Below, piece after piece: positions 37,365 through 48,910 of a DNA stretch of 64,000 bases; within the stretch, counting starts at the first letter, position 1, and each line of letters opens with the position of its first letter. The position numbers were made by a program, and so were the translations under genes. The notes beneath the pieces were generated by a model that saw only the letters and a list, made by a program, of their open reading frames with translations, searched no databases and was not told the DNA's origin. Source of the stretch: Felis catus (taxonomy: Eukaryota). The DNA is taken from positions 26,042,001 to 26,106,000 of the forward strand of contig NC_058369.1 in the NCBI RefSeq assembly GCF_018350175.1. The letters run 5' to 3'.

Positions 37365-37899
37365 TTTAAAAGTTATTATTTATACAATTCATTGTATAGA
37401 AAATCTCTGGGCACCTTAACTTTGAGTGAGGATTGCTCAAATATAAATTGTCTTACCAGCCAGTTTATGATACTCTTTACCCTGTACAGTTTAACACGAT
37501 CGAGTTTTATTATGACTGAATCTACAACCATAAAAGCACCTTTGGTTTCTGTGGGTTTGGGTGCGCCCTTTTAAGAGGATCTTTTCTTGTGAGAGGACTA
37601 ACAATAACCAGGTGAATTTAAAAACAAAAAAAGTCTCCACCCTTTCAGTTTTGAGTGACATGGGGTTTACTCCTTCTCAGTATGTGTGTATATTTCTCAT
37701 GTGGTTGTAGTTGGGTTTCATTAAGTGCAATCTGGCATGTGTCTAACTGACATTCAGGTGGTTTGTGGTGGGTGGGTGAATGGGTGGGACAGGGCGAAGG
37801 GAGCTGCAAGATGGTGAAGGCTCATTACTCGATGGCAGGTGCTCACAGTCCTGGAATGGGGGCTTGGAGGCTCAGGAGTGAATGGTTTTTGTCTTGAGA

Positions 37900-38300
37900 G
37901 GACCCTGGCACAGTCACACACATGTTGGTGGGAGTGAAGGGCCACCACCTGTTGGATCTGGTCCTTGGATGATGAGCCAGGGCTTGTCCCACAGGAGGAT
38001 GGGGGTGAAGGGTCTTCCCACCAGAGGGAATACAGAACACATGGAGAGGTCCATGGAGTCCAAAGCAGGATGTAGTCCAGGAATGAGGAGTCTCTGAGTC
38101 TGGAGTGTGAACTGTGGTGGGAGGGGTGACAAGGGTGAAAAAGCAGGCTGTGTTTGGGGGTTCTGAGGGTGCTGTATGTCTAAGGAGTTTGACTGTGGGC
38201 AGTTGGGACCATTGGTGAATTTGGAAGCACAGAGGTACCTGACTAGAAAGATAGTTGTAGGGTTATGTGAACATGGTTCAGCTTCATGGCTGTCGAGGAC
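37900..38300 (-). mobile_element. L2 relic
   Basis: ggatgatgagccagg..gaagggtcttcccaccagagggaatacagaacacatggagaggtcc..taaggagtttgact resembles reverse L2. Confidence 0.55.
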
Positions 38301-38522
38301 TCTGAGAGAGGGGAGGAGGAGCCACACATTTATTGGGAAGGTGGAGAAAAGGATTTGCCAAGAGATGTAGGTAGAGAAGGGAATTGACACATTGTTGAAA
38401 TGGCAACCTGAGATTTGAAGGAGGAGTCCATGATGGCTCTGACATTTTCAGTTTGGGGTCCTGGTAGAATAGGGGCATGCAACAGGGGTTGTTTGGTGGG
38501 GAAAGGGTGGAGGAAATTGAGA

Positions 38523-38680
38523 GGGGGGAGTGGGTGGGTGGGTAATAGGAGGGGAAGGATGTGGGTGAGGGGGAGAGAGATGGGGGTATAGACAGGAGGG
38601 GAAGGGAGAGGGGGAGAGAGATTGGGGATGGATAGGAGGGGAAGTGTGTGCAGGGGGAGACAGGGAGAGAGATAGAGAGA
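38523..38680 (+). repeat. G-rich degenerate minisatellite with a G-quadruplex motif
   Basis: GGGGGGAGTGGGTGGGTGGG at 38523-38542; AGGAGGGGAAG unit starts at 38547, 38594, 38634. Confidence 0.8.
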
Positions 38681-39099
38681 TTTTATTGGTAATGTTTGGA
38701 TTTTGATGGATGTAGGTAGAGGTTGGAAAGAGGACAGAGGACAGAGGGCCATAGAGAAGCCAAGGGAGTAGAAAGTAGAAACCAGCAGCAGGGAGATTTC
38801 CTGGAAGATTCCTAGAAGGGCTGGTGTATGGCTTGTTGTGTTAAGCTCAGGGAGCACTAGAGAGGAGCCAGGACCTTGGGCCAGTCACTTTTCCTTCTGG
38901 CAACAGAGACTTTGCCCAGCTGGATTAGCTTAACTATTAATGACTTTATCTTATGAATGACTAACTGGAGAGAAGAGCAGAGATGAAAATGATTGATAAC
39001 ACCCAGGGATGGTGAGATCTGAAGGGAAACTTGCCTCTTACACCTCTAGGACATAATGATTAGTGAAAAGAAAAGTATAGTAGAATATAAATTCAGGGC

Positions 39100-39104
<5 letters not shown>

Positions 39105-39140
<36 letters not shown>
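39105..39140. repeat. (AC)18 microsatellite
   Basis: Read directly. Confidence 0.97.
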
Positions 39141-39142
<2 letters not shown>

Positions 39143-39544
39143 ATATGTATATGTATACAAACACATACACATATAATTTGGTAGATCACATACTATCAAG
39201 TTAAACAGATGGTTGTCCCTGGAATTCAGCCACCTCTTTTTATTGTCTGTATTTCTGAAATGAGTCCTTTAAAATTTAAAAGCTCTTTTTATTACAGAAC
39301 ATTTCCAACATATGGAAAAGTAGAGATAAAAGTATAATACATTCTCATGTACCCATGATTTCACGACACTGGTAAACATTTTGGAATCTAGTTTCATCTG
39401 TTCCCATCCTCAAGTATTTTGAAGCAAATTTTAACATTACAGTCCTTTCATGCTGAAATAGTTCTGTGTGGTTCTCTGACAAATGAAGATTTCGTTCACA
39501 ACCGAGAGGAAGGTGCCAACCCACGCCTGTGCCTCTCTCCCCAG

Positions 39545-39793
39545 ATAGCAAAGCCATTGTGGATGGGAACCTGAAGCTCATCCTGGGCCTGGTGTGGACA
39601 CTGATCCTCCACTACTCCATCTCCATGCCCGTGTGGGAGGACGAAGGGGATGACGATGCCAAGAAGCAGACGCCGAAGCAGAGGCTGCTGGGATGGATTC
39701 AGAACAAGATCCCCTACTTGCCCATCACCAACTTTAACCAGAACTGGCAAGATGGCAAGGCTCTGGGAGCCTTGGTAGACAGCTGTGCCCCAG
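39545..39793 (+). CDS. FLNB: FLNB exon 2 (249 nt, phase 1-1): end of CH1, linker, start of CH2
   Basis: Acceptor cctctctccccag|AT; donor CAG|gtaagt; encodes (D)[82 protein letters not shown](G). Confidence 0.98.
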
Positions 39794-40859
39794 GTAAGTG
39801 TCCATGGCTGCCTGAGCCAGCTTTTCAGGATGGAGATTTGTGGGCCCAAAGCCCCTTGGTTGTCTCATGGGAAAGCTGGGTTTGCTGTGATTGGTGTCTT
39901 CTCCTAGTTTTAGCCCCCTGTAAGAGCAAAGGGAGCTAAAACTGGCTCTGTTTACCTTCTAGGTGTATCCATTGACTTTTTGAGCATTGAACTCAGTTAT
40001 TTACCCAAATCCCCAATGAATCCTGTAGTTCTTGGAGCAGGTTTAGCTTCCAGACTCCAAAGTCCTGCCTCTTCCCACAGTTGGTGCCTGGTTTCCCATT
40101 GACTTCAGCAGAAACACGTGGCCCTGTTAGTTGACTTGGCATGAAAATCTAAAAACTTCCATTGAGTGGAAAGTACCCATTTTTATCAACCACTGGGTGA
40201 CTATACATGGCTTTCTCCACCCTTTTTTTTCTGCGTTGCTATGGAATAGTGCTTGGTCAGGATCCAGTTGGAGGCTTTCCCCCCTTTTCTGAGTGGTTGA
40301 GTGCACACCAAGGTAGTAATTATCCTCACTGGAGGGTTTAGATTGATGGGTAGAGTTTGCTGGTACACACTCCGTAGAAAAACCAGAGCCTGTGTTTATA
40401 TGCACCCTCAAGATTGTTTCTAATAAAAAATTTACTTTAATAATCATATTTTCCATTTACGAATACTCTGTATATGCTGGTCACATTAGTTTTTAGTAAG
40501 CTAATGGTTCCCGACACTCCCAAGCGGAGCTGGCTAGCCTATGTTGGACAGGGAGGGCAGGCTAACTCCAGGCCTCATTCTGTCTTAAAAGCCTATAAGC
40601 TGGTGATGTCCCAAACTAACTCAAAGCTCAGCATTAGTTAATTTCCCAGCACCCTCTTCCTTGCTTCCACCGAAAGACACATTTCAGGATACCTCTTTAC
40701 CAGTTTAAACCTGTGGATGTTTACTTTAGTCCTATACTTCTCCTGTTTACAGAGGCTTTTAAGATGATTCTAGGTTTGGGCTTTTGGGCAAGTGGATTTT
40801 TGAATTATACAGAATACAGTTGCTAGTGCAGTCTTTTTAGATGTATCTAGGAATAGGAT

Positions 40860-42050
40860 TGTGATATTCTGACTTATAAAAGAAACATATATTTTAGTCT
40901 TTGTCCCTTTCCTGGCACAGAGCTCCAAAAACCCTTGGAATTTAAGTGATAAGAGCCAGGACAATGGTTCCTTTCAACCACACTTGAGTTTATGTTAATG
41001 AGATGACTTTTAGACAGCTGCTAAGGATGGGGGCAGGTGATTAGAGGGTCCCAACTGTTAGCCCTGTCTCCTAACCCCAAGGTTAGAGGAGAGGAGATGG
41101 AAGTTGAGTTAATCACTAGTGGCTAGTTATTTAATCAATCATGACAACATGTTGAGGTCTCCACAAAATTCCTTGAACTATACATTTGAGGGAGCTTTCA
41201 GGTTGGTAAACACAAGGAGGTGCTGGGAGGGTGGTGCACCTGGAAAGGGCATGGAAGCCCCACACGCCTTCTCCCATACCTTGCCATATGCATCTCTTTC
41301 ACCTGGTTGTTCTTGAGTTGTAACTTTTTTTTTAATTATAAATTTGTTTTTTAAAACTTTTTGAGTGAGAGTGGGGAAGGGGCAGAAAGAGAGAGGGACA
41401 GAGGATGCAAGCCCGATGTGGGGCTCGAACCCACGAACCGCGAGATTATGACCTGATACAAAGTCAGATGCTCAACTGACTGAGTCACCCAGGGATCCCA
41501 AGTTATAGCCTTTTATTTAAAAAAATTTTTTTAAGTTTATTTATTTATTTTGAGAGGGAGTGTGTGCACATGTGTGAGCAGGGGAGGGGCAGAGACAGAA
41601 GAGAGAGAATCTCAAGCAGGCTTCATGCTGTCAGTGCAGAGCTTGATGCAGGGCTTGATCTCTTGAACCTGTGAGATCATGACCTGAGCTGAAATCAAGG
41701 TTCAGACACTTAACCAGCTGAACCACCCAGACACTCTGAGTTGTAGCCTTTTCTAAGAAATCAATAATCTAGCAATTAAATGGTATTCCTGAGTTCTGTG
41801 ATCCACTCTGGTTAACGATTGAATCTGAGGAGGCGTTGTGAGAACCTGCAATTTATAGAATGGTCTGTTAGAAGTCCAAGTGACAGCCTGGACTTGCATT
41901 TGGTGAAGTGGGGGAAGGGGACAGTCTTATGGGACTGAGCCCTTAACCTGTGGGATTTTACACGATTTCTACATAGATTGTATCAATTTTGAGTTAAATT
42001 GTAGAACATCCAGCTGGCGTGAACCCTACACGTTTGGTGACTGGACTACA
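40860..42050 (+). mobile_element. MER21-like solo LTR interrupted by two SINEs
   Basis: Starts tgtgatatt; tcctggcacagagctcc, gagtttatgttaatgagatgac, ggagggtggtgcacctggaaagggcatggaagc, gggactgagcccttaacctgtgggat motifs. Confidence 0.8.
41329..41736 (-). mobile_element. Two tandem CanSINEs (41329-41498; 41514-41736)
   Basis: Target agtt[g/a]ta[g/a]c.ttt appears three times (41314, 41499, 41737). Confidence 0.9.
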
Positions 42051-42397
42051 GAAGTGCAAATGTGGTAGGGGGGAAAATCCCCTGTAAAAAGGCACCAGGC
42101 TAAAATAGTTTTATAGGCTTTGTTTATTTATTTATACCACACCTTCAAGGAGTGAATAATCTCTGTGTTAATGCAAGAAAATAATGGCCTGAAGGAGAAT
42201 TCTCAGTTTAGACTCAGAATAGTTTCTACTCTGGAGGAGTGGATACTTTTTGCCCTTAAAATATACAGTTCACTATGATTTTAGGAAGAAATTGTTCTCT
42301 GAATTAAGATACCAAAGGGGTTTAATTTAAGCACATGGCTTCCTTTAATCTTTTCAGTGAGTTAATATTAACAGAATCTTTTGTGTCATGTTAACAG

Positions 42398-42495
42398 GTC
42401 TGTGTCCAGACTGGGAATCCTGGGATCCACGCAAGCCTGTGGACAATGCACGGGAAGCTATGCAGCAAGCAGACGACTGGCTGGGTGTCCCACAG
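42398..42495 (+). CDS. FLNB: FLNB exon 3 (98 nt): CH2
   Basis: Acceptor ttaacag|GT; donor CAG|gtatat; encodes (G)[32 protein letters not shown]. Confidence 0.97.
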
Positions 42496-43569
42496 GTATA
42501 TATACAAGCAACACCATGTCCCATGGGGCTATTTCCATCCTCCAGCTTGTTCTGAGACTCTGTGGATGCCTCTTTCGGTGTGGCAGGCAGTCTGACATCC
42601 TCAGCCTCAGCCCTCAGAGAGTATTGCCTATAACACTCTCCCCTCTTCCTCAGTTTACCCATAATAACAGGTTCTCATTGATTGAGGTGCTTGCAGATCA
42701 TTCAAAAATCTTCACAGTGCTCTGTCACATGTGGCAAATTTTCTAGTGTTTCTGCTCCAAAGATCTCAAAGACTGTCTTGAGATACAAGACTGCAAATGT
42801 GGACTTTAATGATTAGGTTGAACTGTAAGAAATAGCCAATATTTGACCACTTTTTACATATTTTAGAAGTTTTTTTAAAGATCCAGTATCTTAGGGACAG
42901 TCACAGGACTTAGAAGTTTTTTTTTTTTTAATTTAAACCAGGATGACCTACCATTATTGGAAATTGTGGAAGAATTTGTATTGCTCCTAATCCTATCACA
43001 GGAATATGACAAGAGAACTTGGAAATTGAATAAATCTTGGATACCATTGACAGTAGCCACATTACATAGTTGAGGTCTTGTCTTCTAAGGTTTTTCAAGG
43101 AGGCTAAAAAACTCCCTCTGACATTTAAATACCAAGACTCCCATATTTGAAGCCCTGGTCAAGAGAACTTGTAGGTGGCCAGTGCCGTGGATGGATGACC
43201 TCACCACTGGTTACATTATGGACTAAGTAATCAGAGCCGAGTTCAGTGTATTTTGTAATAGGATCCCTTGGGAGATAGAAAATTTTGCCTGTATTTCTTT
43301 GGTTTTGACATCATGTCTCTGCTTCATGGCCCATTTCTTGGCTCTCCCATCCTCAGTAAGTGGTATGGTATCTTTTTCATCTCCTCTTAAACCTAGAACC
43401 ATCTCCTTTTGATGTACGTGTGATGTTGGCACTGTATAGTTGTTGAGGGAGCTGCCTGGAAGAAATGTCAAATCAATGCACATCCTACATTTTATGGAAT
43501 GAGTGAAGGCAATTGTTCAAACCCAAGTAGCTGTTCTGTTGCTGGAGGATAATGATCAGTATGTTTTCT

Positions 43570-43570
<1 letters not shown>

Positions 43571-43614
<44 letters not shown>
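43571..43614. repeat. (GT)22 microsatellite
   Basis: Read directly. Confidence 0.97.
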
Positions 43615-43618
<4 letters not shown>

Positions 43619-43919
43619 TTGGGGTGAGGGAAGCTGGGTATATATGTTATTCATCTGCATTTAGTTAACCCAGTTCATGAGACAGAGCCTTCTGTTGGTC
43701 TGAGGAGTACTGCCTTACCTTACCTCCTCAGCACCCTTACGGGGGGCAGAGAGATTTTTTGTACTGTTTAGGACTAGGTCAGGTAGTAGGCCTGAGGCTG
43801 TGATGCCTTCAAGGAGGCTACCTGCCGAGCATGGGTGTAATCTTGCTCCTAGGCTACATGTCAGGAGAAATTAACTTCCTCCCTATTTTTTTTAATGGCT
43901 CTTAATGTATTGAAACCCA

Positions 43920-44272
43920 TTGTCATCAGCTCAGGCCGCTCTAACAAAATACCATAGATTGGATGGTATAAACAACGGAAGTTTATTTCTCATATCTGGA
44001 GGCTAGAAGTCCAAGAGCAAGGTGCCAGCAGAGTCAGTTCTTGGTGGGGGCCCTCTTTGTGACTTGCAGACAACTGGCTTCTTGCTGTGCCCTCACATGG
44101 GAAAGAAAGAGAGGTCTGGTCTTTCCTTCTCTTAATCAGAGCATTAATCCCATCCTGGGGGCCCTATCCTCATGACCTCATCTAAACCCACTTACTTCCC
44201 TTGGGCCCCACCTCCTAATACCATTACCCGGGTGGTTAGGGCTTCAGCATGTAACAAGACCACAGATCTAAT
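43920..44272 (-). mobile_element. MaLR solo LTR (MLT1A/A0-like)
   Basis: taacaaaataccatagattgg..tttatttctca..ctggaggctagaagtccaaga.caaggtgccagca...cctcatgacctcatctaaac..gccccacctcctaataccat. Confidence 0.85.
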
Positions 44273-44548
44273 ATGTTGCTGTGTTCTCTCTTTTTTTTTT
44301 TAATTACTATTTTTTATTGGTAGCAGAGTTCATAGAGATGCAGGCAGTGGGTAGATGAGCAAAGGGAAGGACCAGTTTATGTGCTTTTTGGTAATATGTG
44401 CAAATCCTGTGTATACTTGTTTCTTCTTCCTCCTCACTTGACATAGCTTACCCCTTCTGGAAAGTTTCCCCAGGGTAGGGGGTGAGCAGGCCTTTTTTGG
44501 AGGGTGGGTGTGCACCTCTGGAAATTACATATAGAATTGCCTGGAGGA

Positions 44549-44760
44549 GGGGCTCCTGGGTGGCTCAGTTGGTTAAGTGTCTGACTCTTTGATTTCAGCT
44601 CAGGTCATAATCTCATGAGCCATGGGTTCCATATTGGGCTTTGCACTGACAGCGCAGAGCCTGCTTGGGATTCTCTCTCTCTCCCTGTCTCTCTGCCCCT
44701 TCCCTGCTCGTGCACATGTGCACGCACTCTCTCTCTCTTAAAATAAATAAACGTTAAAAA
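44549..44760 (+). mobile_element. CanSINE, about 220 nt upstream of exon 4
   Basis: TSD aattg[c/t]ctggagg. Confidence 0.92.
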
Positions 44761-44978
44761 AATTGTCTGGAGGGGGTCCTCAGCTTCCAAAACGAATAAT
44801 GACACCTCTAAAAGGTTAAAAACACTGACATTGGCATGTAATTTGATAAAAGTTCACTTAATTTAGAGGCTGACTCAATTTCTTAATGTCTATAGTGTTT
44901 GACTTGAGACATTTGCAAAAACTTTAGCGGTTATAAGTGATATACTCTGGGTGTTCACCTACCATGCTGTTATTCTAG

Positions 44979-45126
44979 GTCATCACTCCTGAAGAAATTA
45001 TTCACCCCGATGTGGATGAGCACTCGGTGATGACTTACCTGTCCCAGTTCCCCAAAGCCAAGCTCAAGCCGGGAGCTCCTCTGAAGCCCAAACTCAACCC
45101 GAAGAAAGCCAGGGCCTATGGCCGAG
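44979..45126 (+). CDS. FLNB: FLNB exon 4 (148 nt): end of CH2, start of Ig repeat 1
   Basis: Acceptor tattctag|GT; donor GAG|gtaagc; encodes [49 protein letters not shown](G). Confidence 0.97.
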
Positions 45127-45938
45127 GTAAGCACTGGTCTTGCTGGGTTTAAGACTTGTCCTCTGGTCTTAGACATGATTATGTGGCTTCAGGAAGAAGG
45201 TTCTTAGAATCAAGAATGTATAGGCTTGATCCTCGAAGACCTCCCAGGCCTCCTTTGTCAGATGCTTTTTACCTCAAGGTCCATTTGTTCACAAGCAACT
45301 TTTCTGCTTTGTGAATCTAGGCTTTAAGAAATGCTGCTGCTGTAATGTGATGGAGAATGAGTTTATTGCATTGTGATTTTAGTGCAGTAACCGTGGGATG
45401 AAGACAGGACTATTTTCCCATTTTTCATATGAGAAATCAGAGAGGCCTGATCCGCTGGGGATAGGGGGTGCAGGTGCCTGTGTCATCAGGCTGCTGATTC
45501 ATTTCTCCTTTGGTCATGCTCATGCTGCTTCAGATTTCCACATGGGGAGGGAGCTCTTGTGACCCCCTGACAGACACTTCCTTGCTGAGACATCCTGTTT
45601 ATGATCACTGAGGCCACTGCGGGCTGCAGGACAGTGTTCTGCTCAGAATGTTATGGTGGGGTAAAGGCATGTTGAGGCATTTGGTGTTCTGGCTGCCATC
45701 TGACTTCAAGCACACCAGCTTTTTAAGAACTGTTGTATTTCAGCCCAGGGTGGTTTCTGGTAAAGATTAGCCCCTTGAGCTACAACTTACTCCCTTTGTT
45801 ATGGGGAAAGGAAGGAGTGCATTATATTTCTTAATTTTCGTAATTACAGTTGGGATCACATTTAGAGGCACAAGATATCTTGTATATCCTCTCCTAGAAT
45901 CTGCAGTTCTAACCATTCTAACAATAGTTTTCTTGAGT

Positions 45939-45940
<2 letters not shown>

Positions 45941-45978
<38 letters not shown>
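45941..45978. repeat. (TG)19 microsatellite
   Basis: Read directly. Confidence 0.97.
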
Positions 45979-45979
<1 letters not shown>

Positions 45980-46193
45980 TTGTCGAATGTAGGCATTGTG
46001 ACAGTTCACTCACAAGCCTCTCCTAAAAATAGGGCATCCTCTTGTATAACCAGTCTTCATTATCACAGTAAGAAAATTAACAATTTCTTATCAACTAATA
46101 TCCAGTTTATGTGAAAATTTCCCTATTGTCCTAAAATTGTCTATCATAGTTTTTGCTGTTTTATAAACCAAGATCTGATTAAGATTCACTACA

Positions 46194-46382
46194 GGGGCGC
46201 TTTGGTGGTTTAGTCAGTTAGGGTCATGATCTCAGATTTCATGAGATTGAGCCCCACGTTGGGCTTTGTACTGACAGCACAGAGCCTGCTTGAGATTCTC
46301 AGTCCCTCTCTCTGTCTGTGCCCTCCCTGCACGTGTGTGCTGTCTCTCCAAAGAAAGTAATAATAAACTTAAAAAAAAAAAA
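46194..46382 (+). mobile_element. CanSINE
   Basis: ggggcgctttggtggtttagtcagtta head; A tail; degenerate aagatt.act TSD. Confidence 0.88.
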
Positions 46383-46425
46383 GATTGACTTACTAATTTT
46401 GTTGTTTCTTTAGACTCTTTTTAAA

Positions 46426-46628
46426 GAAATGTTTTTTTTATTTTGAGAGAGAGAGAGAAGGAGAGCATGAGCATGGGAGGGACAGAGGGAAAGAGAGAGA
46501 AAAAGGGAGAGAGAGAATTCCAAGCAGGCTCTGCACTGAGTGCAGGGCCTGATCTCACAACCATGAGATCGTGACCTGAGCTGAAATCAGGTGTCGGGCT
46601 CTTAACCGACTGAGCCACCCAGGTGCCT
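46426..46628 (-). mobile_element. CanSINE
   Basis: Flanked by tagact..ttttaaa. Confidence 0.88.
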
Positions 46629-47053
46629 GTAGACTTTTTAAATCTAGAATAGCTTCCCTTAAAAAAATTTTTTTTTTTTTATGTATAACACTGACTTCCT
46701 GAAGAGTGCAAAGCACTTGTCTTGTAACAAGATGTTCCATACACTCATTCCCTTTGAAAATAGCATTTCCCTACTTGGTGTCAGCTTAGTCTTAAGGTGA
46801 CCAAGGGCCAGGGCAATGGTGCTGTGTGCAGTTCTCAATCTTAGTGGTCAGGTTCTTATCTGTTTGTTTAGCATGATTTAGAACACCAGAGAGACCCTGA
46901 TAGTTCTGGAACGAACCAACTTGCCTTTTGAGGTTCCTTTTGACATCGAGGTGGCACTGTGCAATCATTTGTGTGTATCGGGACTGGGCACTTTGTTTGA
47001 AGCCCTTCCCGGATGTGCATTCACTTAAAGGTTGGCTTGTCTGTGCTTGTTTT

Positions 47054-47264
47054 TTTTTTTTTTTTTTTTTTTTACTGTTTATGTATTTTAGAGACAGAGC
47101 ACAAGTGGGGGAGGGGCAGAGAGAGCCGGAGACAGAATCTGAAGCAGGCTGCAGGCTCTGAGCCATCAGCACAGAGCCTGATGTGGGGTTTGAACCCACG
47201 AACCATGAGATCATGACCTGAGCCGAAGTTGGACGCTCAACCAACTGAGCCACCCATAAGCCCC
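47054..47264 (-). mobile_element. CanSINE
   Basis: TSD tgtc[tg/ca]tgcttgtttt (47038-47053, 47265-47280). Confidence 0.92.
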
Positions 47265-47592
47265 TGTCCATGCTTGTTTTAAAAGTGCTTTCCCTAAAGC
47301 ATAACGAAGAGTGGTGGCTAGAATAAGGAATCTCTGATTTTCAAGGTTATGCTTCTTTAATAGCAAAAAAGCTTCAAACAGCAAAGGAAATCTCTTGTTG
47401 ACAAAATTGGTCAAATGGATTGAATTTAACCAAGGCATAAAATGCTTGTTTGAGGTCACCTTATCACTGGCTGTCCAGTTTCCCCATTGTTAATGTGAAA
47501 CGGTTTCCTTTCACGATGCTGTTTTCTAGAAAATGACTATTTGCTACAGTTCAGGAATGTAGCTAGTCATTGCCATTCCTTCATCTGCTTTT

Positions 47593-48019
47593 TTTTTTTT
47601 AAAGATTTTATTATTTAAAAAAATTTCTTTTTAATGTTTATTTGTTTTTGACAGAGAGACAGAGACAGAGAGAGAGAGAGAGACAGAGAGAGAGAGAGGG
47701 AGGGGCAGAGAGAGAGGGAGACACAGAATCCGAAGCAGGCTCCAGGCTCTGAGCTATCAGCACAGAGCCTGACGCGGGGCTCGAACTCACAGACTGTGAG
47801 ATCATGACCTGAGCCGAAGTCGGGTGCTCAACCGACTGAGCCACCCAAGCACCCCTTAAGATTTTATTTTTAAGTAATCATCCGACAGGGAGCTCCAGTT
47901 CACAACCCTGAGATCAAGAGTTGCATGTTCCACCTGCTGACCAGCCAGGTGCCCCTGATCTGCCTTTTTAAAATTTTATTTTATTTTTTATTTATTTATT
48001 TTTTAAGGTTTATTTATTT

Positions 48020-48065
<46 letters not shown>

Positions 48066-48222
48066 ACACACAAGTAGGGGAGGGGCAGAGAAAGAGGGAG
48101 ACACAGAATCTGAAGCAGGCTCCAGGCTCTGACCTGTCAGCACAGAGCTTGAACTCGTGAGCTGCGAGATTATGACCTGAGCCAAAGTCAGATGCTTAAC
48201 CAACTGAGCCATCCAGGCATCC
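47593..48222 (-). mobile_element. Stack of three CanSINEs (47613-47855, 47856-47955, 47970-48222)
   Basis: Target t[c/g]atctgc[t/c]tttt at 47581, 47956, 48223; inner TSD aagattttatt. Confidence 0.92.
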
Positions 48223-48329
48223 TGATCTGCCTTTTTTAACATTTTCTGTCCTTGTGGAGAAAATGCACCTTAAAAAATATATGTATGTACGCACATACAT
48301 GTATGTATTCATAGGTATATATTTTTTGC

Positions 48330-48910
48330 ATTTTTCTGTTGTGGTAAAATATACATAAGATAACATTCCCTATGTTAACTGTTTTAAAATGTACCATTTA
48401 GTGACATTAAGTACATTCACCGTGTTGTACAACTGTCTCTACCATCCATTTCCAGAATGTTTTCATCTTTCCAGACTGAAACTCTATACCCATTAAACTA
48501 TAGCTCCCCATTTCCCCCTCCCCCAGCTCCTGGAAACCTCCATTCTCCCTTCTGTCTCTATGAATTTGCCGACTCTGGGTACCTCATGTAAGTGGAATCA
48601 TAAAATATTTGTACTTTTGTGTCTGGCTTACTTCACCTAGTAAAATGTTTTCAGTGTTCACCCATGTCATGGCATGTGTTAGAATTTCATTCATTTTTAA
48701 AGCTGAATGTATATACCCCACATATACACCACACGCTTTATCCATGCTTCCGACAACAGACATGTGAATTGCTTCCACCTTTAGCTACTGTGAATAATGC
48801 GGCTGTGAACGTGTGTGTGCAGGTATCTGAATCCCTGCTTTCAGTTTTTGGGTATATACCTAAAAGTGGAATTGGTGGATTGTACAAGAATTCTGTGTCT
48901 GTTTTTTCTC
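48330..48910 (-). mobile_element. L1MB-type 3' fragment
   Basis: gtggtaaaatatacataa..gtacattcaccgtgttgtacaac..ccatccatttccagaa..gggtacctcatgtaagtggaatcat. Confidence 0.88.

Noticed and set aside
38330..38857. Longest ORF in the track (175 aa, minus strand, Pro/Leu-rich)
   Set aside because: By-product of the G/A-rich tract (stop-poor on the C/T strand); low complexity, no domain, no supporting gene structure.
42430..42432. Arg in WDPRKP where I recall Gln in human FLNB (CH2, a disease-hotspot domain)
   Set aside because: Probably an ordinary interspecies difference at a variable position; frame and splice sites are intact. The comparison is from memory.
17203..46032. Other CTAAAAATAG (MEF2) matches and scattered TGACTCA (AP-1) sites
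   Set aside because: MEF2 matches near 17203, 22313 and 46023 lie in L1-derived sequence; AP-1 sites are isolated or inside SINEs, at chance-level density.
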